Origin: Cyanidioschyzon merolae
Lineage: Eukaryota
NCBI GenBank assembly: GCA_000091205.1
Contig: AP006490.2
Strand: one strand, 5' to 3'
DNA length: 64,000 nt
In this document: in pieces, positions 45,183-56,290 of the stretch
How positions within the stretch are numbered: position 1 is the stretch's first letter
How the letters are laid out: each line of letters begins with the position of its first letter
Position numbers and translations under genes: made by a program
The notes under the pieces: model-generated
What the model saw: the letters and a program-made list of their open reading frames with translations, nothing else
What the model was told of the DNA's origin: nothing
Databases searched by the model: none

Positions 45183-46736
45183 ACAACGACGACTCGCCCC
45201 GAGTCCGCCACCCTGAAAGGAAGACTATCTAGCGAAGCGCCGCGCTGCAAAGTCGCAGCCGCCGCCAGTTTGGAAGCGTTGGTGCCGTCAGACAGAGCGG
45301 CTTCGCTGCACTGCCGTACTTGGGAGCAGGTACCTTTTTGTCGGGGACTGGGGGTCGCCAGTATTTGGGGACGTGGTAGCGGGCACTGCCGGGTTGACGA
45401 GCTCAGGTTTGCACGGGTGCACTGCAGGGCGGGCGGGCGGGAGGTGCTGTTGAACTGGGGTCCTCCGGGGCACCAGCTGTCGCTCACGCGCTGACAAAGT
45501 TGCTCGGGTGCTAGGAGCTCAGATCTGAACCCAAGTGACCCCAGTGAGAGTCTTTGCTGTCACAGGCAGCCTTTCATTGGACCGGTTGTGGTAAAGAGTG
45601 CGGAATCGAGGGAGGAGTTGGTTTCTGCACCTAGCGCTGTGTGCTGGTGCGGCTGTGGCTGCTCTCTGGCCTGAAAGAGCAGCTTCCGAGCCTTGGATTC
45701 CGGTTGCGGTAGACGATCAATCTGAAGGGCCAAAGACCAGGAGCGTTGTATGTCCAGCTCTGAACAGACTAGAAAACACAGCAGTTCCGTTGCGTTTGTG
45801 CTCGTCATGCAGCTCCTGGAGAGTGCTCGTTGCCTTGGAGCGCCGCATCAGGCGAAACGGTACCCGCCTTTGTGTTTTGGTCCAGAAAACAAGCTCTCTT
45901 TAGACTGAATACGACTTCGAGAGTTCTCTACCTGCAAGCTCGTTGCGGAGAGCTGTCCTTGGTTTCCTTGCCCAGCGGCGCGGTGCGCGAAGCAGATGCT
46001 GATACGGGTCTCGGGTTGGGAGCACTGCAGGCGTGTCGTGGCGGAAACAACTCGGCCTTGCAACAGGCAAAGCCGACACCTCGGCCGGACATTTACATGT
46101 CATGGTATTTCTGAACGCCATGGCAAGCCCAGGTACCCGCGTGGACAAGCATAGATGCGAGTGTTGCGTTCGCAGCCTGGACGGATAGCGACAGGGTCAC
46201 GACGAGCCCCGTGGCGTTCCAACAGCGCTCACGAATGGGAAACACTTTGCGACTCATCTCCGGAGATACCTGTTGTGTCTATCGAAACTGGATATGCTGC
46301 GCGTCCGATTGCGGGCCTCTTCGATTCGGTCCTTGCTTTTTACGATGGACAGCATCCATCGTTCATCAGAGGAAGAAACCGCCAATGTTCACAGCAACAC
46401 ATTGTTTACCGCTTTCTGCTGGGACACCACCGAGTCTGCATCGTGAAGACAGAATCCGCTCGGGCTTGCAATTTGACGGCAAAGCGAGCTGTGGCATAGC
46501 CAGAGCGGGTACAGCGGCGGGCATCGTCTCGTGCCTCGTTTCGCCATGCAGATTCGAAGCGTACGTCCAACGATCTGCTCCATGAGAGACATGCCAAGCA
46601 ACGCCAACAATGACGATGCGCGACTCTTCCCGCTACACTGCACGCGGAGGTCCGCGATTCTGTACAGTGCATTCACCGCTGTCGAGGCGGAAGCATACTA
46701 TGCAGAGAGCCCTGCCCTCATCATCGAGCGGTAGAT

Positions 46737-46757
46737 GCAGCAGCAGCAGCAGCAGCC
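46737..46757. repeat. (CAG)7 trinucleotide microsatellite.
   Basis: gcagcagcagcagcagcagcc sits inside the ORF-free 45.2-48.0 kb region. Confidence 0.9.
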
Positions 46758-48065
46758 CTGCTGCACACCTTTCGCAGACAGGGTGCTGTCGGTGTGCGGA
46801 CTTGATCACCACGAGTTGCATACATCCTTGCAGGGTTGGTATTCCCGCCACGAGGCGACTGCTAGAGCACGCGCTCGTTCTAACGAAACGGGAGCGCTAT
46901 CGTGAGCGCACGCGATCCAACATCATCGAGAGCGTTTGTCGGAGCGCCTTCCGTCAGCATGCGCTCCGCTACCCCCTGTAAAGTACCTAACTCATGCCGC
47001 CCCAAATCGTCCATCGTTGGCTATGAGCAGACAGCGCGTCCCATGTGGAGCTTTCTCGGAAAGATCCGGCTCTGCCCAGCTCTCGCGTTCGTGAGATCGT
47101 CCTCGGAGGCATCGAATGAATCTGCGCTTTTCGTCGTCACCGCCTGGACGGATCGCGCTCAGCACAGTCCTTGATATTGCTACATTCAGCGCACTTACGA
47201 TTCTCGTCGTGTCAAAAAAGCGCTTCCGTTTGCAAGACAAATCTTCCTTTCTGTGTGGCCGTCGATACACCGACATTCGACAGCGGCAGCACCATTCGTT
47301 ACATAGGATATGCTCCCAGAGGCTCCCATATCTTCGGTCTGCATGGAAACGCGTCTAGGACTCGGAATTCAGTCCACGTAGTGATTGCATCCAGTGGAGC
47401 GGCTGTCACTGTACAGCACGACGGATGCGTCGATGACTCTAGATTTTCGAACTTGATCTCTCTTCTGGACTTTCATTTCGATACTTTAAAATCTTCATCA
47501 TGAACGACCCCGCGTTCTGCAAAATAATATTCCATTTGGAAAAGAGCGTACGCTTGCACGTCAAGCGGACAGCGTACTCGCCGAGCGCACTCTCCAGCGG
47601 AAGCCGCCATGCTTCGGATACGGCTCCGGAAGCAGAAACGAGGAGGGTTGTCGCGGATAGCCTACTGTAACTGCCAAGAGAAGGTACCGAACGGGTCACA
47701 TCTCCCTATATGACAGCGCTCAGGAGTGGAAGCGGCCTGAAGGATAACCGCACAGATATCTAAGCGCAGTTCCGCGTCACCGCCGTGAAGTCCACGCTGA
47801 TGCTCGATACAAAGCGGAAGAAAACAGCAAGCATATCAAGGATTGCATGTATCGTCTCCACTTGAAATGAGTCGACAATAACCAGAAGCAACGAAATCAG
47901 GATTGGAACGTTCCCATCAACATACCTCGACTGCCTGCATCGGATGTGAACACAAGGTAGACACTGATGTCTCTTACGCTCGAGACAAAAATAAAAAAGG
48001 AAGCAGTGGCAGAAAAAACGCACCCAAGCTAGTGTTGATGACAAAATTGGCAAGAGATCCAAACA

Positions 48066-49270
48066 TGAGCGTATACGCCCACGATAAGCCCTTGCACCCG
48101 TCGCATACGATCCTCCTGCCAGTTGATCCAGAGGTAAATCCGCATCTTCGAAGGATCAAGGCACGAGAGCGTATACACCCACGATAAGCCCTTGCAACCG
48201 TCGCATACGATCCTCCTGCCAGTTGATCCAGAGGTAAATCCGCATCTTCGAAGGATCAAGGCACGAGAGCGTATACGCCCACGATAAGCCATTGCACCCG
48301 TCGCATACGATCCTCCTGCCAGTTGATCCAGAGGTAAATCCGCATCTTCGAAGGATCAAGGCACGAGAGCGTATACGCCCACGATAAGCCATTGCAACCG
48401 TCGCATACGATGCTCCTACCAGTTGATCCAGAGGTAAATCCGCATCTTCGAAGGATCAAGGCACGAGAGCGTATACGCCCACGATAAGCCATTGCACCCG
48501 TCGCATACGATCCTCCTGCCAGTTGATCCAGAGGTAAATCCGCATCTTCGAAGGATCAAGGCACGAGAGCGTATACGCCCACGATAAGCCATTGCAACCG
48601 TCGCATACGATGCTCCTACCAGTTGATCCAGAGGTAAATCCGCATCTTCGAAGGATCAAGGCACGAGAGCGTATACGCCCACGATAAGCCATTGCACCCG
48701 TCGCATACGATGCTCCTACCAGTTGATCCAGAGGTAAATCCGCATCTTCGAAGGATCAAGGCACGAGAGCGTATACGCCCACGATAAGCCATTGCACCCG
48801 TCGCATACGATGCTCCTACCAGTTGATCCAGAGGTAAATCCGCATCTTCGAAGGATCAAGGCACGAGAGCGTATACGCCCACGATAAGCCATTGCAACCG
48901 TCGCATACGATGCTCCTGCCAGTTGATCCAGAGGTAAATCCGCATCTTCGAAGGATCAAGGCACGAGAGCGTATACGCCCACGATAAGCCATTGCACCCG
49001 TCGCATACGATGCTCCTACCAGTTGATCCAGAGGTAAATCCGCATCTTCGAAGGATCAAGGCACGAGAGCGTATACGCCCACGATAAGCCATTGCAACCG
49101 TCGCATACGATGCTCCTGCCAGTTGATCCAGAGGTAAATCCGCATCTTCGAAGGATCAAGGCACGAGAGCGTATACGCCCACGATAAGCCATTGCAACCG
49201 TCGCATACGATGCTCCTACCAGTTGATCCAGAGGTAAATCCGCATCTTCGAAGGATCAAGGCACGAGAGC
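48066..49270. repeat. Twelve tandem copies with a 100-bp period.
   Basis: The unit gcacgagagcgtatacgcccacgataagcc[a/c]ttgca[c/a]ccgtcgcatacga[t/c]gctcct[a/g]ccagttgatccagaggtaaatccgcatcttcgaaggatcaag repeats with exact 100-bp phase from 48066 to 49270. The 78-aa MAYRGRIRSRALILRR... ORF family on the minus strand is generated by this repeat. Confidence 0.95.
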
Positions 49271-49312
49271 GCGAAATCGCGCGCCTCTGCCGTTGATCCA
49301 GCGCGGGATTTC
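49262..49312. repeat. GC-rich inverted repeat (hairpin-capable palindrome) at the end of the 100-bp array, about 70 bp upstream of the RAD21 ATG.
   Basis: agcgcgaaatcgcgcgc - ctctgccgttgatccag - cgcgggatttcgcgcgct. gcgcgaaatc is the reverse complement of gatttcgcgc. Confidence 0.6.
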
Positions 49313-49380
49313 GCGCGCTATCGCCCTCATCCCTCGAGGCATTTTCCGTTGTTCTTGTGCTTGTTCTGTGAACGAGAGAA

Positions 49381-51702
49381 ATGTTTTATGCGACCAGTCT
49401 CATCAAACGGCGCAGTTCATTCGCCAAAGTTTGGATTGCAGCAACACTCGGGACCGAACGTCTTCCTCGGTCCTTTCTGATTCGTGTAAGCATTGCTCGT
49501 ATCTGCAGGGAACTGCTAGAGACGATCCATATCAATGCCCTGTCATTGCGACTGGAGGCACTGCTTCTGGTCGGCATTGCGAGAATCTATGAGCGACAGG
49601 TACTACTGTTTTGCACGCTTGCGGAAGATTGGTTTAGCCGGGAGCGGTTACAAGCACGCGTCTGTATACTGTCCACCGATGGACGACAGCACGACGATTC
49701 CGCAGCGGCAGGCGCAGAGGTGGCATCAGATGCTAGTGTCGCTACAGACGCGAATGCCGCGGACGCTGACCAGTTTGCTGCGAGGAATTCGCGAGATACG
49801 CGCTACCTGTTGCACCGGATCGGGGCCAGCAGGCGGAAGCAGCTCTGCGCGCGCTACGGCAGCATCACCTGGGGCCCAGACTCGCGATCCTTGGAGCCGG
49901 TGCCCCAGCAGACGAATGCACCACATACATCTGGTGAATATTTCGCCCATGTTGATGTGCTCTGGCATCTGTACGACTCGGAGCTTTACGGGCGTCACGA
50001 AAGAGCCGCGTTGCTCGCTGCACCCCAGCATGGGTTGGTGGCGACGGCGGCGGCAGCCATGCAACCCTATGAGCTTGCGGCATCTGTTCCCGAAGCCGCC
50101 ACCGAGCCGAGCGGGAGCGTCGAGCGCGCCTGGCCGCTCTCGCCGACACCGTTTCGTGTCAACGACCAGGACACCATTACATTGAGACAGCCGCGAATTG
50201 AGTTTTCGTCTGGCAGTCTGTCGATCATTCCCCAGCTCGATGAACGGGAGAGATTCCCCGAGGACCGCGATGCAAGCGGTGACTCGAGCATCGCTCCCCG
50301 GCGACTATTAGAGGCCCTCGATGCTGCTGCTCTGGCGCTGATCCCAGATGACACAAGTGCACAGACGAATATGGCTCCATTACCCAATCATGGCAATGAA
50401 ACGACTACTGGGCATGCTCAAGACGCACCGCAACGTCTTGTCCCGAATTCGGTGCCAACGAAGGAGCAGCAGGAACGTTTGGGATCGCAACGATCGCTTC
50501 GTCGTCGCAATGCATTGTCGAGCGTAGCCTGTTTGCAGCTTGATGAGCTGGATGCGCTCGCGCTACCACCGAGGCGATTGCAAATGAATATGCATCACAC
50601 ACGGGATCTCGTGCTCGCTTGCCAGCAATCAAATCGCAGCACCAACAGTGCCACTGCAGCGCAAGGTCCCTATCACCAGTCACCGGGCACGGAGGCAGGC
50701 AGTGCTCCAACGCAGTTGCAGCGTCTCACACAGTCTCTCGATGAGAACACATACGTAAGCAACTTGCTCGCGACAAAAGACTTCGTTTATCGATGTCTTA
50801 GCCAAGGTATCTTTGCGGTTGCGGTGGCACGCACCAGCCGCCTCAGAGCTATTTTCGAGGCAGTGCTCCGCCCACATTTCGAAGCACAGCCTCAAAGGCC
50901 AGCTACGGATCCAAAGGACATGCATGGCATGCCACATGCTGGGGAAGAGCGTCATCCGCCACCAGAATCTGAGGACAACGCTCAGCTGCGAGCATCATTG
51001 CCGCAGTCTGCGTCATTTTCTGGAAGCGCTCCGGAGCGATTACGCGGTTATGCTACGGCTGATGGATTCGAGGTGCCCTCACTGGATACAGACACACCAG
51101 GCGCCTACGCGGTTGCCCTTCGTGCAGCCTCATCCGAGCACTCTGCATCGCTGCCGAGAATGACGGTGCCTGATCTGAGGCTATCGGGTGTTCCTGCTGC
51201 GCGGTCTCCATTGGATAGCGGAGACCAATGCTCCCCAGGTTTAGCGATGTCAAGAATACACACAGAACTTATGCCTGTCATGGAGAATGCAGGGCAAGGC
51301 ACATCCCATGCCTCGATAGTGTCCATCGAGGGCGACCGCAGGCCAACCGTAACGCCTCAGTCGTATCGCGAAACACTCATTCGTTGCATCGAGAGGCAGC
51401 GCGCCGGAGACGCCAGCAGTCCAGGTTCATGTCGCTGGGTCAACTTTTCCGCCCTGCTCGGTGCTTTTGTTTCCGCGTTCGACGCCAAAAACGACACACC
51501 AAGCGCACAGAGCACAGAAAATCAAACAAAGCCGTATCCCGCGGCTTGGAGCCGGCCCTGCGCGGCGCTGCTGTTCGCCACCACTTTGAAGCTCGCGACC
51601 ACAGGACAGGTTACCGCCCACCAAACAACGCCGTATGGAAGCATTGCACTGCACTGGAACGGTGACAAGGACCCGGGCACCGCGCCGATTGCGGCGTCCT
51701 AG
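49381..51702 (+). CDS. RAD21: Cohesin kleisin subunit of the RAD21/SCC1/REC8 family.
   Basis: ATG at 49381. The N-terminal kleisin domain is MFYATSLIKRRSSFAKVWIAATLGTERLPRSFLIRVSIARICRELLETIHINALSLRLEALLLVGIARIYERQV, matching MFYsqfiLaKkGpLAkiWlAAhw...LSLRLsGqLLLGVVRIYsRK. The C-terminal winged-helix block is RPCAALLFATTLKLATTGQVTAHQTTPYGSIAL, matching sRkeAArlFyqvLvLaTkgyIkveQeePYGdIli. The middle is long and low-complexity. Confidence 0.85.
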   Translation: MFYATSLIKRRSSFAKVWIAATLGTERLPRSFLIRVSIARICRELLETIHINALSLRLEALLLVGIARIYERQVLLFCTLAEDWFSRERLQARVCILSTDGRQHDDSAAAGAEVASDASVATDANAADADQFAARNSRDTRYLLHRIGASRRKQLCARYGSITWGPDSRSLEPVPQQTNAPHTSGEYFAHVDVLWHLYDSELYGRHERAALLAAPQHGLVATAAAAMQPYELAASVPEAATEPSGSVERAWPLSPTPFRVNDQDTITLRQPRIEFSSGSLSIIPQLDERERFPEDRDASGDSSIAPRRLLEALDAAALALIPDDTSAQTNMAPLPNHGNETTTGHAQDAPQRLVPNSVPTKEQQERLGSQRSLRRRNALSSVACLQLDELDALALPPRRLQMNMHHTRDLVLACQQSNRSTNSATAAQGPYHQSPGTEAGSAPTQLQRLTQSLDENTYVSNLLATKDFVYRCLSQGIFAVAVARTSRLRAIFEAVLRPHFEAQPQRPATDPKDMHGMPHAGEERHPPPESEDNAQLRASLPQSASFSGSAPERLRGYATADGFEVPSLDTDTPGAYAVALRAASSEHSASLPRMTVPDLRLSGVPAARSPLDSGDQCSPGLAMSRIHTELMPVMENAGQGTSHASIVSIEGDRRPTVTPQSYRETLIRCIERQRAGDASSPGSCRWVNFSALLGAFVSAFDAKNDTPSAQSTENQTKPYPAAWSRPCAALLFATTLKLATTGQVTAHQTTPYGSIALHWNGDKDPGTAPIAAS

Positions 51703-52040
51703 CGCATCCGAACGAGGCGAAACTTGAGCGGGTTCTCCGTCCTCTGAACCTGCACTTCACCGTTTTCTATCAAATGGAGCAAGATACCGTTGTAGTTCAC
51801 GTCAACAAATCGCAACGTAAACGGAAATTCCTCGTCTTGCTGCGGCTTTCGCCAGAACCACCGTCGAGTTCTCGGGCGCGTCACCCAGGATACCCGCGGC
51901 AAGGGGCTTGTGTTCGCGATCAGGCCAACTGCCTGACAACAGCTACGAAGGAAGCTTTCTTTACTCTTCCCAATATCGAAGACTCGGACGAACTTGGGCG
52001 CTGGTGGTTTCGCCTCGCTATAGATCGTGTCCTCTTCCAT
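51699..52040 (-). CDS. Small hypothetical ORF of about 113 aa, convergent with RAD21 and overlapping its stop codon by 4 nt. Coding status is uncertain.
   Basis: The track ORF 51699..52046 starts at TTG, and the first ATG is at 52040 (MEEDTIYSEAKPPAPKFVRVFDIGKSKESF...EFPFTLRFVDVNYNGILLHLIENGEVQVQRTENPLKFRLVRMR). The composition is neither repeat-derived nor low-complexity. No family was recognised. Confidence 0.2.
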   Translation of the reverse strand: MEEDTIYSEAKPPAPKFVRVFDIGKSKESFLRSCCQAVGLIANTSPLPRVSWVTRPRTRRWFWRKPQQDEEFPFTLRFVDVNYNGILLHLIENGEVQVQRTENPLKFRLVRMR

Positions 52041-54045
52041 ATGCAACCTATTTGTCGGGTACGGATAGCGTCAAACGCACGCTCTTACCGTCGAGTCTGT
52101 GATACAAAAGCCTGTCCTTCGAACACTGCAAGCAGCGCAGCAGCAGCGGCGAGCGCAGGGTGCAATCGCCACCTGGGCGACGACGGCGCCGCAGCGCGCT
52201 CGTGTCGAAGCACTCTGCAGTGTAGCTGCAGTAGCAGCACTGCAGCTTAGCAGCAGAGATTTTCTGGACAAAGGCGGAAATGTGCTGCCTGATTAAGTGA
52301 TGGACGCTGCTGACCTAATCGAGCTCGTTGTCGGATCCGAATACGGGGTAAGCTTCGACGCGCACGGTGAACTGCATTCTTTTGGGGTACATGCCTCGGG
52401 CGCAAGATCGTTGCATATAACGAGGGATGAGCGAGTATTTTACTGCTGTCGGCATGAAAGGAAGCGGCTGTCATTCCGTGCCAGACCTCCAGTGCGTGCA
52501 CCAGGTGTGCGGGTGTCCGGATCCGGCACTAGAACAAAAGCTGATGAGGGTCGCACACTCGCTTCCGCCCTAGCGCAGTGATTGAATGAATCTCAGCTGT
52601 TACGCACTTGCCACCTTCTGCTTCATCACCTATGCAGGCTAACGCCCGATACAATCAGCACAATCATGATGATGCTGATGGTGTTGGCAGTCCTGGTTCA
52701 AGAATGTGGCAGCGCAAAGATAATGCGCAGCGGGCTTTCGTCTCTATAAGCTGAACTTTTACGTGTACCTGATCCTGCTCACGAGCCGAATTTGTTGCTA
52801 TTTGCGCGGGCATGCCGCATCACCGTTCCACAGCCCAGGCGTTGCTCGTCCGTAACACTCCATCGTCATCCGAGTCGTAGCACAGCATCTCAACGTCTGC
52901 CGCGGGCTCCCAGTGTCCCGGTCAAACAGCTGTGTCTCTATCCAGAACTGGCTCTATTCAAGAGCGCAAGGATCGCGCCATATCTAAAAACTGTTCCATG
53001 TTCTTTCCAGGCAAACGGCGCCCAGGAAACGCTTTCCAGCCCTTGCCTTGGTCCATAACCCGTGCCTGCGTCGGATCCACAAAAGTCGGCCCCGACGGTA
53101 GGTTCGACTGCGTGGTTGCCGGACGCACCCGCACACCCGGCGCGGCAGCGCCACGTGCCGGCGTCCGCGACCCCGTTTTAGCTGCAGCAGAGGCTGCACT
53201 TCCGCCACTCTTCGCAGCTTTGCCCGAACCAAGACTTACCTTCGGAAGCGACGGAAGAGAGGGTAGTTTACCGGGCAGCTTAGGAAAACCAAGCTTTGGC
53301 AGCTTGATAGCGAACCCCTGGGCAGGAGCGTACCGGCCGCGCAACTGCAGGTCACCGGCGAGTGCCACACCAGCACCCAGAACAAGCGCTGCAGTATTCC
53401 AGTGCGCAGCACTCAAAGCACCTTGTGTGAAGACCGCTGCACTATTCATGACGTATATGAGCAAGAGTCGACGAAACCGCACCCTGTCGATACACAATCG
53501 TCGAAGAGCGCTGCGCGAAGTTCCTTAATGTAGCGATTGAGCTCGCGCTGAGCGCAGCGCTGCCGCCGGAGGTGCACGATCGCGGCGAGCTGCACGCGCT
53601 GTCAACATTCGATGCGGGTGACTGAGGCGCGTTCGCTGCGCGCTGAACCGGACACGGCAGTAGGACGTAAGAAACGACCAGAATATCCGAGAAGAAGTAT
53701 AGGTAATGTAACTTGGAGGTAGGGTGTTTGATGAATACTTCACCGTGCACTGAAAAAAACACAAAAAGAAAGGTAAAAGCGCGCAGTCGGAGAATACTAG
53801 CCAAAGTAAACGTTCTGTCAATAAAAAAACTAGCCGCAGCGGTCTGCGCTGATCACACATTTCCTATTGCCGCTGGTGCCGCTGGTGCCGCTGCTGGTGC
53901 CGCGAGAAGATTGCGCTGTTGTCTCTATATCCTTGACCACGTTCTCGTTCGTAGAATCCGCTTACGCTTCGTGCTCCGGGGGTTCTCTCATCAGGTTTCA
54001 CTTGGAAAGCGACTCTGGGCGAATCGCTTCGGGAGCAGAGCCTGA

Positions 54046-55137
54046 ATGGGTATCACGGAACAGTTGGACGAGACGGTGTCGAAGACCGAGACAAGCGGCG
54101 TGCTTCCCTCGGTGAGCGCCGTTGCCGAACTCGTAGCCGGGTGGTTTGGTTTCGATGAGGTGCAGGATCAGGATCTATACAGCGAGACGATTGCGGCTGC
54201 TGTTGCGGTGGTCGCAGGAGGCCTGATCCTCAAAGCAGCGTGGAACCAGCTGCACTGTCCACAGGCGCTGTATGCGGATAGCAGTAGCGCGCCTGCTGGA
54301 AGCAAGTCTCAGGTGCTCGTTGCTACCAAGACGAGCTCTGCTGACATTGTCACCAGTGTAGATCGTCAGATAGAAAGTGAGATTCGACGGATCCTGGTAC
54401 CAGCGTTTCCAGGCTATGCCTTTATCGGGGAAGAGTCCGCGTACGTCTCCAGCACAGTGACGATGAACGCCGCAAAAACGGGTGCACCAGCGTGGATGGT
54501 TGACCCCCTGGATGGTACGACCAATTTCGTGTCAGGTGTACCCCATATTTGCACCTCTGTGGCGTTACTCCGGGAAAGACACGTAGTTCTCGGGGCCGTC
54601 TACAATCCGCTCACAGATGATTTATGGGTAGCAGTACGCAACCGTGGTGCCTTTCTCAACGGTAGGCGCTTGTATTGTCAGCGCCATGTTCCCCTGTCGG
54701 ATGCGGTTGTTGTGACAGAGTTTGGGTATGAGCGCAGCGCCGAGGGCGCCCGGCGTATGTGCGCTGTGGTTGAGCGGCTGCTCTGTGAGCGCGTTCGAGC
54801 GATTCGCATGCTCGGTTCGGGTATCTTGGATTTGCTGTTTACAGCGCAAGGTGTCGTACATGTGGTGTACGCGGGAATTGCCGGCGAGGGCTGGCAACCC
54901 TGGGACTACGCTGCTGGTGTTCTGATTGCCAAAGAGGCCGGCTGTGTTGTCGCGTCACTCGAGTCACCACCTGGGATGACTTGTGACGGCGAGTTCCTGT
55001 CGCGCTGTGCCCATGACTTTGACATTTTCGGCCAGAGCATCCTGTGCGCATCCAGCCGTGATCTCGCCCTCGAGGTGCACCACGTCATTCGGGAAGCCTG
55101 CGATCGCGTCTCAGAAAAGCATCCGGCCGATGCATGA
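54046..55137 (+). CDS. Inositol monophosphatase-family phosphatase (IMPase or 3'(2'),5'-bisphosphate nucleotidase type).
   Basis: ATG at 54046. Metal-binding motifs: FIGEES and WMVDPLDGTTNFVSGVPHICTSVAL. C-terminal block: WDYAAGVLIAKEAG. An N-terminal extension of about 85 aa precedes the IMPase fold. Confidence 0.8.
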   Translation: MGITEQLDETVSKTETSGVLPSVSAVAELVAGWFGFDEVQDQDLYSETIAAAVAVVAGGLILKAAWNQLHCPQALYADSSSAPAGSKSQVLVATKTSSADIVTSVDRQIESEIRRILVPAFPGYAFIGEESAYVSSTVTMNAAKTGAPAWMVDPLDGTTNFVSGVPHICTSVALLRERHVVLGAVYNPLTDDLWVAVRNRGAFLNGRRLYCQRHVPLSDAVVVTEFGYERSAEGARRMCAVVERLLCERVRAIRMLGSGILDLLFTAQGVVHVVYAGIAGEGWQPWDYAAGVLIAKEAGCVVASLESPPGMTCDGEFLSRCAHDFDIFGQSILCASSRDLALEVHHVIREACDRVSEKHPADA

Positions 55138-56290
55138 GACGCGGAGCAGAGATCGCGTTCGCTGTCTACGCTAAACTGCCTGTGAAGGTGTTGCCTATAG
55201 TGGTGCCGCTAACGCGTTCTGGGAATTTTCTCGTTGCGTGCGAGGAGCCGCACCTCTGATGCGGATGTCGCAGCGTTTGTCTACGGAACAACTCGGGGAC
55301 CTCTAACCAGCCACCAAACGGCACGCTTACGCTGGGCGATCGGTGGTACCCGTTTTGACTGAAGGCCGGTTATGCATCCGCGCGCGTTCACGCTTACGCA
55401 GTCTGCAACCAGCACAACAGTTCAGTTTCGATCATTGAAGTAGATGTATTGACATGGTGGGAGGCTTTTGGTGTGATGCCGCTCGTTCAAGCACCAGGGC
55501 GATCTTCGAATGCGCTGGGCTGGATTCGGGATACGGGATCTCTGAGTGAACGGCTGCGGCATGGGTGTCCGCTGACGGCAACGGCGTCCACGGCATCCAG
55601 GCATGGATTCCCTGCCTGCCCCAGTGAAGAGCCGTGAGCGTCTCGACGCACGTTTGATTACGATGCCGCTGTTCGCGAGCGCGGTACCAGGACCCGCCAA
55701 CAGCCTGTATGCGTCCGGCGATGATCGTGTACGCGATATGCATAAGAGCAACTTTGTGCAGGAAACGCTCGACGGAGCTGCGGAGTCGGCGACGCAAGCG
55801 CACATCGCGTCTGAATGACGGACCTTGTTGGTTCTGGGTGACAGCGTCGCGAGCAGCACCTCGTCCTGGTTTTCACATCCGAAAAAGCAAGTTGCGCCCG
55901 TCATACCTCCGGTACAGGAGGTACTGCCCATGAACTTGGGCATGTCGTCGCATGCACATAAAACGACTTGCTGGCCTTGGTCTGATGACGTTGGAACTTG
56001 ATACCCGGCGATGACGCTGCGATGTGCGGATACGCGTTCTGCTGCTCGCTGCTGCGTTCCCAGGTCATCATACAGGAAAAGCGACGGGATTCCTGCACAC
56101 AACAAAATGGATGCATTGCCTTGGACATGAGCGATTTTTCAACAACGTGGCATAGTAGCGGAGACGAGCAGCATTTCGGAATCTCCCGCTTTCAAGCTGC
56201 CTTGGCTCTCTGGGACATCTCGCGGACGCCCGCAACTATCCATGCAAGGTCTGCGATTCGCCTGGCCGACGAATAAGCTTTACGCATGCG

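Noticed and set aside
48029-49259. Family of near-identical 67-87 aa ORFs (MAYRGRIRSRALILRRCGFTSGSTGR...)
   Set aside because: They are generated by the 100-bp tandem array reading in phase. Each ORF is just one or more repeat units.
52932-53528. Overlapping ORFs 52958..53497(-) and 52932..53528(+) with an N-terminal hydrophobic segment, Ala/Gly/Pro-rich
   Set aside because: Both strands are open over the same interval, and both products are low-complexity. I cannot decide which strand, if either, is coding, and there is no family match.
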